DNA of 16,076 nt from NCBI GenBank assembly GCA_020725385.1, contig DYFC01000039.1:1-16076 (forward strand). The letters are read 5' to 3'. Below, piece after piece: positions 1 to 9,090 of this stretch. Made by a program: the position numbers and the translations under genes. Position 1 is the first letter of the stretch. The number at the start of each line of letters is the position of its first letter. The notes below the pieces were generated by a model. It was not told the origin of the DNA. It saw nothing but the letters and a program-made list of their open reading frames with translations, and searched no databases. The DNA comes from Nitrospira japonica. GTDB taxonomy: Bacteria > Nitrospirota > Thermodesulfovibrionia > Thermodesulfovibrionales > SM23-35.

Positions 1-37
1 CTTTTAATCAAATTTACACACATCTATTGACATGACC
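1..37 (+). mobile_element. Right end (IRR) of an IS256-family-like insertion sequence, including the last codons of its transposase; the element continues off the left edge
   Basis: 1-37 is the exact reverse complement of 15938-15974. It reads ..FNQIYTHLLT* with TGA at 33-35. The TTTACACA...ACATGACC terminus resembles IS256-family ends (recalled pattern, not searched). Confidence 0.8.
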
Positions 38-282
38 GGAGGTGGGTATAGAGAACATAAATAAACCCATCAACTTATCATAAATAGAAATAACTGAAAA
101 AATATTGTCTTGTCATAAACAATCTAATTATAACCAACGTTTTTTAACAAATTTAATCAATTTTCTACCACTAAAGTTTGAAACTGAGAACGTTGTATGA
201 TTTTTTTGCACAATCTTTGGTGAAAGACTTTTTCCAAACTTAAGAGGTTTCTGAGATATTTTTTATTATCTAATGCGATGCG

Positions 283-330
283 TTTAAGTTTAAAAATTAA
301 ATTTATATAATATCCTATAGGATATTTTAT
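283..330 (+). promoter_or_regulatory. Putative sigma70 promoter of the defence operon with an overlapping palindromic operator
   Basis: TATAAT at 306-311, with a weak -35 (TTTAAG, 283-288) 17 bp upstream. A perfect 18-bp palindrome AATATCCTATAGGATATT (309-326) covers the -10 and the likely start site. Confidence 0.5.
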
Positions 331-349
331 TATTTTATTGATTTTAGTT

Positions 350-3300
350 ATGAAAAATTTTATAACCAACAGTGGAACAGATAATTTAAAAAAACGTTTA
401 TCAGAGCTTATAGAAAATAGCAATGAATTAAAATTTTTAGTTGGTTTTTTCTATTTTTCCGGTTTAAAAGAGCTCTATACCTCTTTAACAAAAAACTCTG
501 ATGTTATTTTAAAAATTCTGGTTGGATTAAATGTAGATAAATTTAACTATCAATTAATAGAGTATGCTGATTTGGAAGACCAAAGCGGGCATTTATCAAA
601 CGAAGAAATATATAATAAATTTTTTGATTCATTAAGGAAATCTATTAACACAGAAAAATTTGATACAGAGGAATTTTACGAACAAATAAAATATTTTATT
701 GAACTGATTAAAAAGGATCGTTTACTAATAAGAAAAACAATCGCCCCAAATCATGCAAAACTATATATTTTTAAATTGCGCAGCGAACAAATAGGTCGAA
801 ACAAATTGTTTATCACTGGTAGTAGCAATCTTACTTGTTCAGGACTTACTACACAGGAAGAATTTAATGTTGAAATATCAGATTATGGTTTTAATGATGC
901 AGAAGAATATTTTGATAACTTATGGGAAAATGCAGTTAGAATTTCAGAAGATGATATTTGTAAAAAAAGATTAATAGGACTTCTTGAAAAAGAAACATTA
1001 ATTAAAGAAATTACTCCATTTGAGGCTTATGTTTTAGCTTTAAAAATTTATCTTGATTCTTTTGAAAGAAAAGGTGATGAAGAGTCAATTCAAAAAATAT
1101 TGCAGGATAGTGGTTATACTCCATATAGATATCAATTAGATGCTATAGAACAGGCATTGGCGATAATTGAGAAAAATAATGGAGTAATTCTTGCTGATGT
1201 GGTAGGTTTGGGCAAAACAGTAATTGCCTGCACTATTGCTAAAAAACTAAAAAAACGAGGTGTAATAATATGCCCGCCGGGAATTATGGGTGACCCAAGA
1301 AAAAAAGATGCTGGCTGGAATATGTATAAAGAGCAATTTGGACTTTACGATTGGGAAGTTTGGTCATTGGGTGATTTAGAAAAACTACAAGAATTTGATA
1401 AAAAATCAAAAGATATTGAAGTTATCATTATTGATGAGGCACATAGATTTAGAAATCAAGATACCAAAAATTACGAATATTTAAAGAACATTTGTAGAAA
1501 TAAACAGGTTATACTTCTTACAGCAACGCCATTCAATAACCGACCTGGAGATATTTTATCATTACTTAAATTATTTATTACACCTAAAAAATCATCTATT
1601 ACCTTAGAAAACAATTTAGTTGATAAATTTAGGACATTTAAAACTACCTTTGACCGACTTGCCTATATAAAAAAGTATTATGATTCAAAAGATCAATCTA
1701 AAAAAGACAAAGCATATTCTAATTATAAAGCTCTTTTTGGCGAAGAATTTATATTGTCTATATCATTAGAGAAAGTTAAACAGCGCTCAAAATATTTAGC
1801 AAAACAAATTCGAGATGTTATTGAACCAGTTACAATTCGTAGAAACAGATTGGATTTACAAAACAATCCATTTTATAAAAATGAAATTAAAAATCTTTCA
1901 AAAATGGCAGATCCAAAGGAATGGTTTTTTGAATTAACTCAAGAACAATCTAAATTTTATGATACTATTCTTACAAAATATTTTGCAGACCCGGATGAAG
2001 GCGGAATGTTTAAAGGAGCGATTTACAGACCTTTTGAATATGAAAAAGAAAGAGTTAAAGAAAATAAATTAACAGAAAAAGAAAATTTTGAATATATCCA
2101 GCAACGAAACCTGTATGATTTTATGCGCAGGTTGTTAGTAAAAAGGTTTGAAAGTTCATTTGGCTCTTTTGAACAAAGTTTAAAAAATTTTCAACATATT
2201 ACAGAATCAGTTCTTGAATTTATTGAAAAAACAGGAAAATATATTCTTGATAGAGAACTTCTTGAAAGAATTTATGACAAAGACATAGATGAAATAGAAA
2301 CATATTTAAAAGAATATAGCAAAAAGATAAAAGAAGGGGTATATCCTAAAAACCACAGGATATATAAACTTTCAGGCTTTAAACATCAAAAAGAATTTAT
2401 TGAAGATATTAATTCTGATTTAAGAATGTTTGAAGAAATTATTAAAACCTTACACAAATTAAATATGGTAGAAAGTGATCCTAAGACCAACTGTTTAATA
2501 GAGAATTTGAAAACACAATTAAAAAAAGAACCGAATAGAAAGATTGTTATTTTTTCTGAATATGTTGATACAGTAAAATATCTTAAACCTCACCTTGAAA
2601 AAACATTTAAAAATAGAGTATTAACTGTAGCTGGTGATTTGTCTGCTACTAAATTAGATACAATTTATAAAAATTTTGACGCATCATATTCAGAGCAAAA
2701 AAATGATTATGATATTTTACTAACTTCAGATAAGCTTTCTGAAGGGTTTAACTTAAATCGTGCTGGAATGATTATAAACTACGATATTCCATGGAACCCT
2801 GTTAGAGTTATTCAACGAGTAGGAAGAATAAACCGTATTAGTAAAAAAGTTTTTGATGAACTTTATATTGTAAACTTTTTTCCGACCGAAAAGGGTTCAG
2901 AATTAGTAAAATCCCGCGAGATTGCTTCAAATAAAATGTTTTTAATTCATAATACATTAGGAGAAGATGCCAAGATATTTGATATTGATGAAGAACCAAC
3001 TCCAGCAAAACTTTATGAAAAAATTCAGCAAAATCCAGACAAATTAGAAGAACAAAGTTTTTATACAAAAGCTTTACAGGATTTCATACAAATAAAAGAA
3101 AAGCATCCTGATTTGATTAAATCATTAGACAAATTCCCACCAAGAATTAAAGTGGCAAAAAAACATAATGAAAATGAACTGCTTGTATTTATTAAAAAAG
3201 GCAGATTGTTTATTCATTATGTTAAATATTCTCAAAACAATGATAAACCCGAGTATTTACAAATACCTTTTGAAGATGCATATAACAAAATTACCTGTCT

Positions 3301-3712
3301 GCCTGATGAAAGACCACTTAAATTAAGCCCAAAATTTTGGGATATGTATGAAAAAATTAAAAACTTAAAGGATTATCATTCAACACATATAAGCGAAAGA
3401 AGTTTAGAACAACAAGCGATTAATAATCTAAAAACATTTCTTACTAACGTATCAGATGAAAGAATCTTTGAACACAAAAATTTTCTAAAAACCTTGCTTG
3501 AAGATATTTTAGATTATGGAACTTTACCTGACTATACCCTACGCCGTATAGCTAATTGGCAATGTGACAATGAAGAAAATATTAAAAAGTCAATAGAGCT
3601 GATTAATCAATTAAAAGAAGAATTAGGTGAAAATTATTTAGAAAAAGAAAAGACAAATCGGAAGGATTTGATTAAGGAAGTAATAGTTGCTATTGAAAAC
3701 CAGAAATTATGA
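350..3712 (+). CDS. PLD-family nuclease fused to an SF2 (SNF2-like) helicase/translocase, about 1120 aa
   Basis: N-terminal PLD motifs VGFFYFSG, HAK (NHAKLYIF) and GSSNLT. Helicase motifs: I LADVVGLGKT, II IIIDEAH, III LLTATP, IV IVIFSEY, V LSEGFNL, then NYDIPWNP and VI QRVGRINR. ATG at 350 preferred over TTG at 338; neither has a clear SD. Confidence 0.92.
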   Translation: MKNFITNSGTDNLKKRLSELIENSNELKFLVGFFYFSGLKELYTSLTKNSDVILKILVGLNVDKFNYQLIEYADLEDQSGHLSNEEIYNKFFDSLRKSINTEKFDTEEFYEQIKYFIELIKKDRLLIRKTIAPNHAKLYIFKLRSEQIGRNKLFITGSSNLTCSGLTTQEEFNVEISDYGFNDAEEYFDNLWENAVRISEDDICKKRLIGLLEKETLIKEITPFEAYVLALKIYLDSFERKGDEESIQKILQDSGYTPYRYQLDAIEQALAIIEKNNGVILADVVGLGKTVIACTIAKKLKKRGVIICPPGIMGDPRKKDAGWNMYKEQFGLYDWEVWSLGDLEKLQEFDKKSKDIEVIIIDEAHRFRNQDTKNYEYLKNICRNKQVILLTATPFNNRPGDILSLLKLFITPKKSSITLENNLVDKFRTFKTTFDRLAYIKKYYDSKDQSKKDKAYSNYKALFGEEFILSISLEKVKQRSKYLAKQIRDVIEPVTIRRNRLDLQNNPFYKNEIKNLSKMADPKEWFFELTQEQSKFYDTILTKYFADPDEGGMFKGAIYRPFEYEKERVKENKLTEKENFEYIQQRNLYDFMRRLLVKRFESSFGSFEQSLKNFQHITESVLEFIEKTGKYILDRELLERIYDKDIDEIETYLKEYSKKIKEGVYPKNHRIYKLSGFKHQKEFIEDINSDLRMFEEIIKTLHKLNMVESDPKTNCLIENLKTQLKKEPNRKIVIFSEYVDTVKYLKPHLEKTFKNRVLTVAGDLSATKLDTIYKNFDASYSEQKNDYDILLTSDKLSEGFNLNRAGMIINYDIPWNPVRVIQRVGRINRISKKVFDELYIVNFFPTEKGSELVKSREIASNKMFLIHNTLGEDAKIFDIDEEPTPAKLYEKIQQNPDKLEEQSFYTKALQDFIQIKEKHPDLIKSLDKFPPRIKVAKKHNENELLVFIKKGRLFIHYVKYSQNNDKPEYLQIPFEDAYNKITCLPDERPLKLSPKFWDMYEKIKNLKDYHSTHISERSLEQQAINNLKTFLTNVSDERIFEHKNFLKTLLEDILDYGTLPDYTLRRIANWQCDNEENIKKSIELINQLKEELGENYLEKEKTNRKDLIKEVIVAIENQKL

Positions 3713-6700
3713 CCTCAAAAGAAATTTTACAATCAATAATAAATAATTTTGAAATTGAAAAATTTAATTTATTTTTCCGTCAAAAAAATAACAAGCTCAG
3801 GTATCCCAATGAACCAATATCTGGCGAAGATAATTTTACAGAAGGTCTAAAATTAGCAGAAGGAATATTTGATGATAGAAACTTTATTGTCTGCTCTTTT
3901 AAAGTAAATAAAGAACTTACTGAACGCTCAGGCAAAAAAGCACAATATATCCTTGGTAAGAAAATACTAAAAGAACAAAATTCAGATGCCGGTATATTTA
4001 TTTTTTACGACCAGCAAGGTAATTTCCGATTTAGTTTAATTTACACAAATTATTTAGGCAAATCTCGTGACTGGAGTAGTTTTAAAAGATTTACCTATTT
4101 TGTAAGCAAAAACATTACAAATAAAACTTTTTTAAGTCAGATCGGTGATGGTGATTTTTCAACTATTGAAAAAATCAAAGAGGCATTTAGTATTGAGCCT
4201 GTAACAAAACAGTTTTATAACGAAATCCAGAACTGGTATTTCTGGGCAATGGATAAAATCAAATTTCCAGATGATTATAAATATAGCAAAGATATCCATA
4301 AGGATAGAGAAATAAGAAACGCAACCAATCTTATCCGTTTAATTACAAGAATTATTTTTATATGGTTTTTAAAAGAAAAAGGATTGGTCCCTACGGATTT
4401 ATTTTCAAAAGACAAATTAGCAAGAGTTGTAAAAGATTTTCTAAAAAACAAAAATTCCAGCAATTTTTATAATGCTATCTTACAAAACCTATTTTTTGCC
4501 ACATTAAATCAAAAAATGAATCAAGACATGAACAAGAGAAAATTTGCAGATGATAGAGGATATCCATATAACAAAAAAGAATATGGAATAAAAAATTTAT
4601 ATCGCTATAAAGATAAATTTCTAATAACTGAAGATGAGGTCTTAAAACTTTTCAAAGATATTCCATTTTTAAATGGTGGATTATTTGATTGTCTTGATAA
4701 AGAAGACGAACATGAAAAAGAAATATACATAGATGGATTTTCAAGGAATGAAAGTAAGGTTGCTATTATACCGGATTACTTATTCTTTCAAGAAAATGAA
4801 GAAAAAATTGACCTATCAATCTATGGACTTGGAAAAGACAAACCTGTCAGAGGTCTTTTTGAGATTCTTAATAGTTATAACTTTACAATTGACGAAAACA
4901 CAATTATTGACCAAGAAATTGCATTAGACCCTGAATTATTGGGAAAAGTATTTGAAAATCTTTTAGCTTCATATAATCCTGAAACTGCTACTACAGCCCG
5001 TAAAGCAACAGGAAGTTATTATACTCCCAGAGAAATTGTTGATTATATGGTAGAAGCAAGCTTATGCGAATATTTAAAAACAAAACTTCCTGAAATCAAT
5101 GAAGAAAAAATAAAACTTCTTTTATCCTATTCAGAAAATATACCAGAATTTTCAGAAGAAGAAAAGCAGAAAATAATTTCAAGTATAGCTGAAATAAAAA
5201 TTCTTGACCCTGCTTGTGGCTCTGGTGCTTTTCCAATGGGAGTTCTTCATAAACTTGTTTTTGCTCTTCAAAAATTAGACCCGGACAATAAATACTGGAA
5301 AGATTTACAACATCAAAAAGCAAGTAAAGAAATTGATGAAGTTCTTAAAATTAGAGATAAAAAAATTAGAGAAGAAAAACTTAAGGAAATAAATGAAGTA
5401 TTTGATGAAAATATTAACTATCCTGATTATGCCCGTAAACTGTATTTGATAGAAAACTGCATATATGGTATAGATATTCAGCCGATAGCAATTCAAATAT
5501 CAAAACTTAGATTTTTTATCTCGCTTGTTTTAGACCAAAAGATTGATAAAAACAAAGAAAACTTTGGTATAAGAGCCCTTCCTAACCTTGAGACAAAATT
5601 TGTTTGTGCAAATACATTGATAAATATTGAAAAACCAGACCATTTATACTATACAGATAAAATAAAAAGTCTGGAAGAAGAAATAAAATTACTTAGACAT
5701 AAATATTTTCAAGCTAAAACGCGAACGGAAAAACTCAAGTTTCAAGAAAAAGACAAAAAATTAAGAGAAGATTTATCAAAAGAATTAAAATCTATTGGCT
5801 ATTCAGCTGAAGCTTCAGAAAAAATTGCAAAGTTTGACATATTTGACCAAAATGCCTCAGCTGACTGGTTTGATCCGGAATGGATGTTTGGGATAAAAGA
5901 TGGATTTGATATAGTTATTGGAAACCCGCCATATATTAAAGAAGGAACTTTTAGAAATGCTTTTGATGGATTAAGAGACTCGCCTTATTATAAGGGAAAA
6001 ATGGATATTTGGCATTTTTTTGCCTGTATAGGGATAGATTTATTAAAAAAGAATTCAGGGTTACTTACTTTCATAGCTCAAAACAACTGGACTACAAATT
6101 ATGGTGCATCAATAATGAGAAATAAAGTTATAAAAGATTCACAAATAATTCAGATGCTTGACTTTGGAAGTTATATGATTTTTGAAAATGCAGATATTCA
6201 AACAATGGTAATGATTTTTAAATCAGATTCAGAAGTTGACAATTATATATTTGATTATAGAAAGTTGGAGGGAAATAATTTGAACTTTAAGGATGTATTA
6301 GATTTGTTAAATTGTAATCCAAACTCAAAAATAATTTATCTCAAACCAATTATTCAAAGAAACAAATATATGGATAAACTCTTAACTTTTAGTAATACAA
6401 CAATTGATTTAATATTAGATAAAATTCTCAAACAGAGCAATTTTAAACTTATTGAAAAGGAACTAACCCAAGGAATAGTCATGCCACAAGATTATGTTAT
6501 TAAAAGTCACTTAAAAAAACTACCGAATCTTTCTATCGGAGATGGCATTTTTGTTTTAAGTAATGAAGAAAAAAACAATATTCCCTTTACCCTAAAAGAA
6601 CTGGAATTAATAAAACCATTATATACCACAAAAGAACTCAGGAAATATTATGCAAACAAAAAGAATTCTGAATGGGTAATATATACTGATTCAAAATTCA

Positions 6701-7260
6701 AATATCCTGAAAATATAAAGCCATATCCAAATATTAAAAAACATCTTGATAAATTTCAAAAAGTTATCACTTCTGATAACAAACCATATGGTTTACATAG
6801 AGCAAGAGATGAATATTTTTTCAAGGGAGAAAAGATAATTGCTGTTCGTAAATGCATAGAACCTACCTTTACATATACAGATTTTGATTGCTATGTTTCA
6901 GCAGCTTTTTATGTTATAAAAACAACAAGAATAAACTTAAAGTATCTAATAGCATTATTAAATTCAAAATTGATTGCCTTCTGGTTAAAACACAAAGGTA
7001 AAATGCAGGGCAATAACTACCAGATTGACAAAGAACCACTTTTAGCATTGCCATTGAAAAGCATTCCCGACAAAGAACAAAGACCTTTTATTGACCTCAT
7101 AGATAAAATTCTTGCAATAACCAAAGATGAAGATTATCTAACTAATTCAGAAAAACAATCAAAAGTCAAAGGATATGAACACCAAATTGACCAATTAGTT
7201 TATCAACTCTACGACCTCACTGAAGAAGAAATAAAGATAATAAGAAATACTATAATATAA
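3709..7260 (+). CDS. Eco57I/Type IIG-like N6-adenine DNA methyltransferase with a C-terminal target-recognition domain, 1183 aa
   Basis: LNGGLF, LGKVFENLL, GSYYTPREIVDYM, motif I ILDPACGSGAF, YGIDI and motif IV VIGNPPY (gamma order). TaqI-C-like tail (YLIALLNSKL...IDQLVYQLYDLTEEEI). ATGA overlap with the upstream stop. Confidence 0.92.
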   Translation: MTSKEILQSIINNFEIEKFNLFFRQKNNKLRYPNEPISGEDNFTEGLKLAEGIFDDRNFIVCSFKVNKELTERSGKKAQYILGKKILKEQNSDAGIFIFYDQQGNFRFSLIYTNYLGKSRDWSSFKRFTYFVSKNITNKTFLSQIGDGDFSTIEKIKEAFSIEPVTKQFYNEIQNWYFWAMDKIKFPDDYKYSKDIHKDREIRNATNLIRLITRIIFIWFLKEKGLVPTDLFSKDKLARVVKDFLKNKNSSNFYNAILQNLFFATLNQKMNQDMNKRKFADDRGYPYNKKEYGIKNLYRYKDKFLITEDEVLKLFKDIPFLNGGLFDCLDKEDEHEKEIYIDGFSRNESKVAIIPDYLFFQENEEKIDLSIYGLGKDKPVRGLFEILNSYNFTIDENTIIDQEIALDPELLGKVFENLLASYNPETATTARKATGSYYTPREIVDYMVEASLCEYLKTKLPEINEEKIKLLLSYSENIPEFSEEEKQKIISSIAEIKILDPACGSGAFPMGVLHKLVFALQKLDPDNKYWKDLQHQKASKEIDEVLKIRDKKIREEKLKEINEVFDENINYPDYARKLYLIENCIYGIDIQPIAIQISKLRFFISLVLDQKIDKNKENFGIRALPNLETKFVCANTLINIEKPDHLYYTDKIKSLEEEIKLLRHKYFQAKTRTEKLKFQEKDKKLREDLSKELKSIGYSAEASEKIAKFDIFDQNASADWFDPEWMFGIKDGFDIVIGNPPYIKEGTFRNAFDGLRDSPYYKGKMDIWHFFACIGIDLLKKNSGLLTFIAQNNWTTNYGASIMRNKVIKDSQIIQMLDFGSYMIFENADIQTMVMIFKSDSEVDNYIFDYRKLEGNNLNFKDVLDLLNCNPNSKIIYLKPIIQRNKYMDKLLTFSNTTIDLILDKILKQSNFKLIEKELTQGIVMPQDYVIKSHLKKLPNLSIGDGIFVLSNEEKNNIPFTLKELELIKPLYTTKELRKYYANKKNSEWVIYTDSKFKYPENIKPYPNIKKHLDKFQKVITSDNKPYGLHRARDEYFFKGEKIIAVRKCIEPTFTYTDFDCYVSAAFYVIKTTRINLKYLIALLNSKLIAFWLKHKGKMQGNNYQIDKEPLLALPLKSIPDKEQRPFIDLIDKILAITKDEDYLTNSEKQSKVKGYEHQIDQLVYQLYDLTEEEIKIIRNTII

Positions 7261-7275
7261 GTAGAGGGTAGTGTT

Positions 7276-8955
7276 ATGCTAACAAAGATTTCAATAAAAA
7301 ATTTTAAAAAACTTACAGCGGATATAGATTTATCACAAACAGTTATATTTGTTGGACCAAATAATTCAGGCAAGACATCCGCTTTACAGGCGATTGCTTT
7401 ATGGGATTTAGGTATTCGTAAATGGATAGAAGTAAAAAAAGACTCAAAAGCCAAGCAACGCAGAGGAGTACCTATAAATAGAAAAGATATCCTATCTATT
7501 CCAATATCTTCTGCAAGATATTTATGGAAAGATTTACATGTGCAAGAAGTAATCAAAAAAGATGGGAAATTATGCAGTAAAAAAATAAAAATTGAAATAT
7601 CTGCTGAAGGATGGACAACACAAAAAAACTGGAAACTGCCCATGGAATTTGATTATTCAGGCACAGAGGTTTTGTATTGTCGTTTAATGGATGATGAAGC
7701 AAACAAATTTTTGGAAATAGTTTCAAATGAGAAGATAGCCTTTCTTCCTCCAATGTCAGGTCTTGTGGCAAGAGAAGATATGCTTGTGCAAGGAACAATA
7801 TATTCCAGAATAGGTGAAGGACGCACTGCTGAAGTTTTGCGAAACCTTTGCTGGATAGTATATAACGAAACAGAAAATTGGCTTAAATTAAAAGAAATTA
7901 TAAAAAATCTTTTTTTTGTAGATATTGGTGAACCTGAGTTTGATAAAGTTTCAGGTATAATCAATATGACTTATGAAGAGAAAGGCAAAAAATATGACTT
8001 GTCTAACGCTGGGCGGGGATTTCATCAAATTTTGCTTCTTTTTGCATTTATATTTGCAAGTAAAAGGACTATTCTTTTGATTGATGAGCCTGATGCTCAT
8101 TTGGAGGTTATTCGTCAAAAGGAAGTTTTCAATTTACTGTCTAAATCACTTAAAGAACAAAATTCTCAGTTAATTATAGCAACTCATTCCGAAGCGGTTC
8201 TTAATGAAGCAGCAGAAAAAGATAGAATTATTGCTTTTATTGGTAAACCACATATATTGAACAACAAAGCCCAATTAGTGAAATCTCTTGCCAATATTGG
8301 ATATGACCAGTATGTTCAAGCGGAACAAAAAAAGTGGGTTCTGTATTTGGAAGGTTCTACAGATTTACAGATATTACAAGCATTTGCCAAAGTGTTAAAT
8401 CATCCTGTTGAAAAATATTTACAAAATCCTTTTGTTAAATATGTTACAAACAGGCCTATAGATGCTCGAAGCCATTTTTACGGGCTACGAGAAGCATTTC
8501 CTGAATTTAAAGGAGTTGCAATATTTGATAGGTTAGATAAAAACCAAATTCAAATTGCTGAAGGTTTAACAGAGTTATCATGGAATCGCTATGAAATAGA
8601 AAATTACATTCCCATTCCCGAAACTATAGAACGTTTTTTTTCATTACCTCCTGAAACTTTGTTTGAATTTCTTGATAAGGACACAATAAACAAGATAATA
8701 CAAAGTGAAATCCCATCTGCCGCTTTAGATAACAAAACACATACTTGGTGGATTGATACTAAGATGAGTGAGTTCTTAGATAGAGTTTTCACTCAGTATT
8801 GTGAGATAAAAAAAGTACCAGTATGTCTTAATAAAAGCGATTATTATCGTTTAGTACTACTTGCTAAACCAGAAGAAATAGACAAAGAAGTTAAAGAAAA
8901 ATTGGATGGTATTTATAAAGTGGTGCCAACATCTAAAGAGTTAGAACTAGAATAG
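7276..8955 (+). CDS. ABC-type (AAA_15/AAA_21-like) ATPase fused to a TOPRIM-like domain; OLD/PARIS-like ATP-dependent nuclease, 559 aa
   Basis: IKNFK, Walker A GPNNSGKT, signature-like LSNAGRG, Walker B/D-loop LLIDEPDAHL, H-loop IIATHS. The C-terminal half has LYLEGSTD, IFDRLD and YEIENY. SD GAGGG at 7264-7268. Confidence 0.85.
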   Translation: MLTKISIKNFKKLTADIDLSQTVIFVGPNNSGKTSALQAIALWDLGIRKWIEVKKDSKAKQRRGVPINRKDILSIPISSARYLWKDLHVQEVIKKDGKLCSKKIKIEISAEGWTTQKNWKLPMEFDYSGTEVLYCRLMDDEANKFLEIVSNEKIAFLPPMSGLVAREDMLVQGTIYSRIGEGRTAEVLRNLCWIVYNETENWLKLKEIIKNLFFVDIGEPEFDKVSGIINMTYEEKGKKYDLSNAGRGFHQILLLFAFIFASKRTILLIDEPDAHLEVIRQKEVFNLLSKSLKEQNSQLIIATHSEAVLNEAAEKDRIIAFIGKPHILNNKAQLVKSLANIGYDQYVQAEQKKWVLYLEGSTDLQILQAFAKVLNHPVEKYLQNPFVKYVTNRPIDARSHFYGLREAFPEFKGVAIFDRLDKNQIQIAEGLTELSWNRYEIENYIPIPETIERFFSLPPETLFEFLDKDTINKIIQSEIPSAALDNKTHTWWIDTKMSEFLDRVFTQYCEIKKVPVCLNKSDYYRLVLLAKPEEIDKEVKEKLDGIYKVVPTSKELELE

Positions 8956-9090
8956 ATAAGTGTAGAGTATTTTTAGTGTCCCTGCAAATTCTAATTAACC
9001 ATTTACTTTATAAATTATAAAAATTAAACAAAGGGGAAATAATCATCATATTAAGGGGAATTCTTAAATGAATTTACAGACTGTATTACA

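Noticed and set aside
27-60. Hybrid promoter from the outward TTGACA in the IS end (also 15948-15943)
   Set aside because: The best -10 candidates (TATAGA, TATAGT) are only 14 bp away at both copies; nothing convincing at 16-18 bp.
298-330. Resemblance to a Xer dif site (TTATATAAATT arm on the - strand)
   Set aside because: The second arm does not fit with a 6-bp spacer; a promoter plus palindrome explains the sequence better.
157-423. 88-aa ORF on the - strand
   Set aside because: It overlaps the helicase start and promoter on the opposite strand and has no recognisable motif; likely spurious.
2838-8792. Short antisense or alternate-frame ORFs inside the defence genes (2838, 4275, 4733, 5096, 5305, 7209, 7553, 7653, 8604)
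   Set aside because: They lie within or across long motif-bearing CDSs and show no protein features; shadow ORFs.
350-8955. Calling the operon DISARM, BREX, Gabija or a Type I/III RM system
   Set aside because: Required partners (DrmA/DrmB, PglZ/BrxC, UvrD-like GajB, HsdS or a beta-class Mod) are absent from the window.
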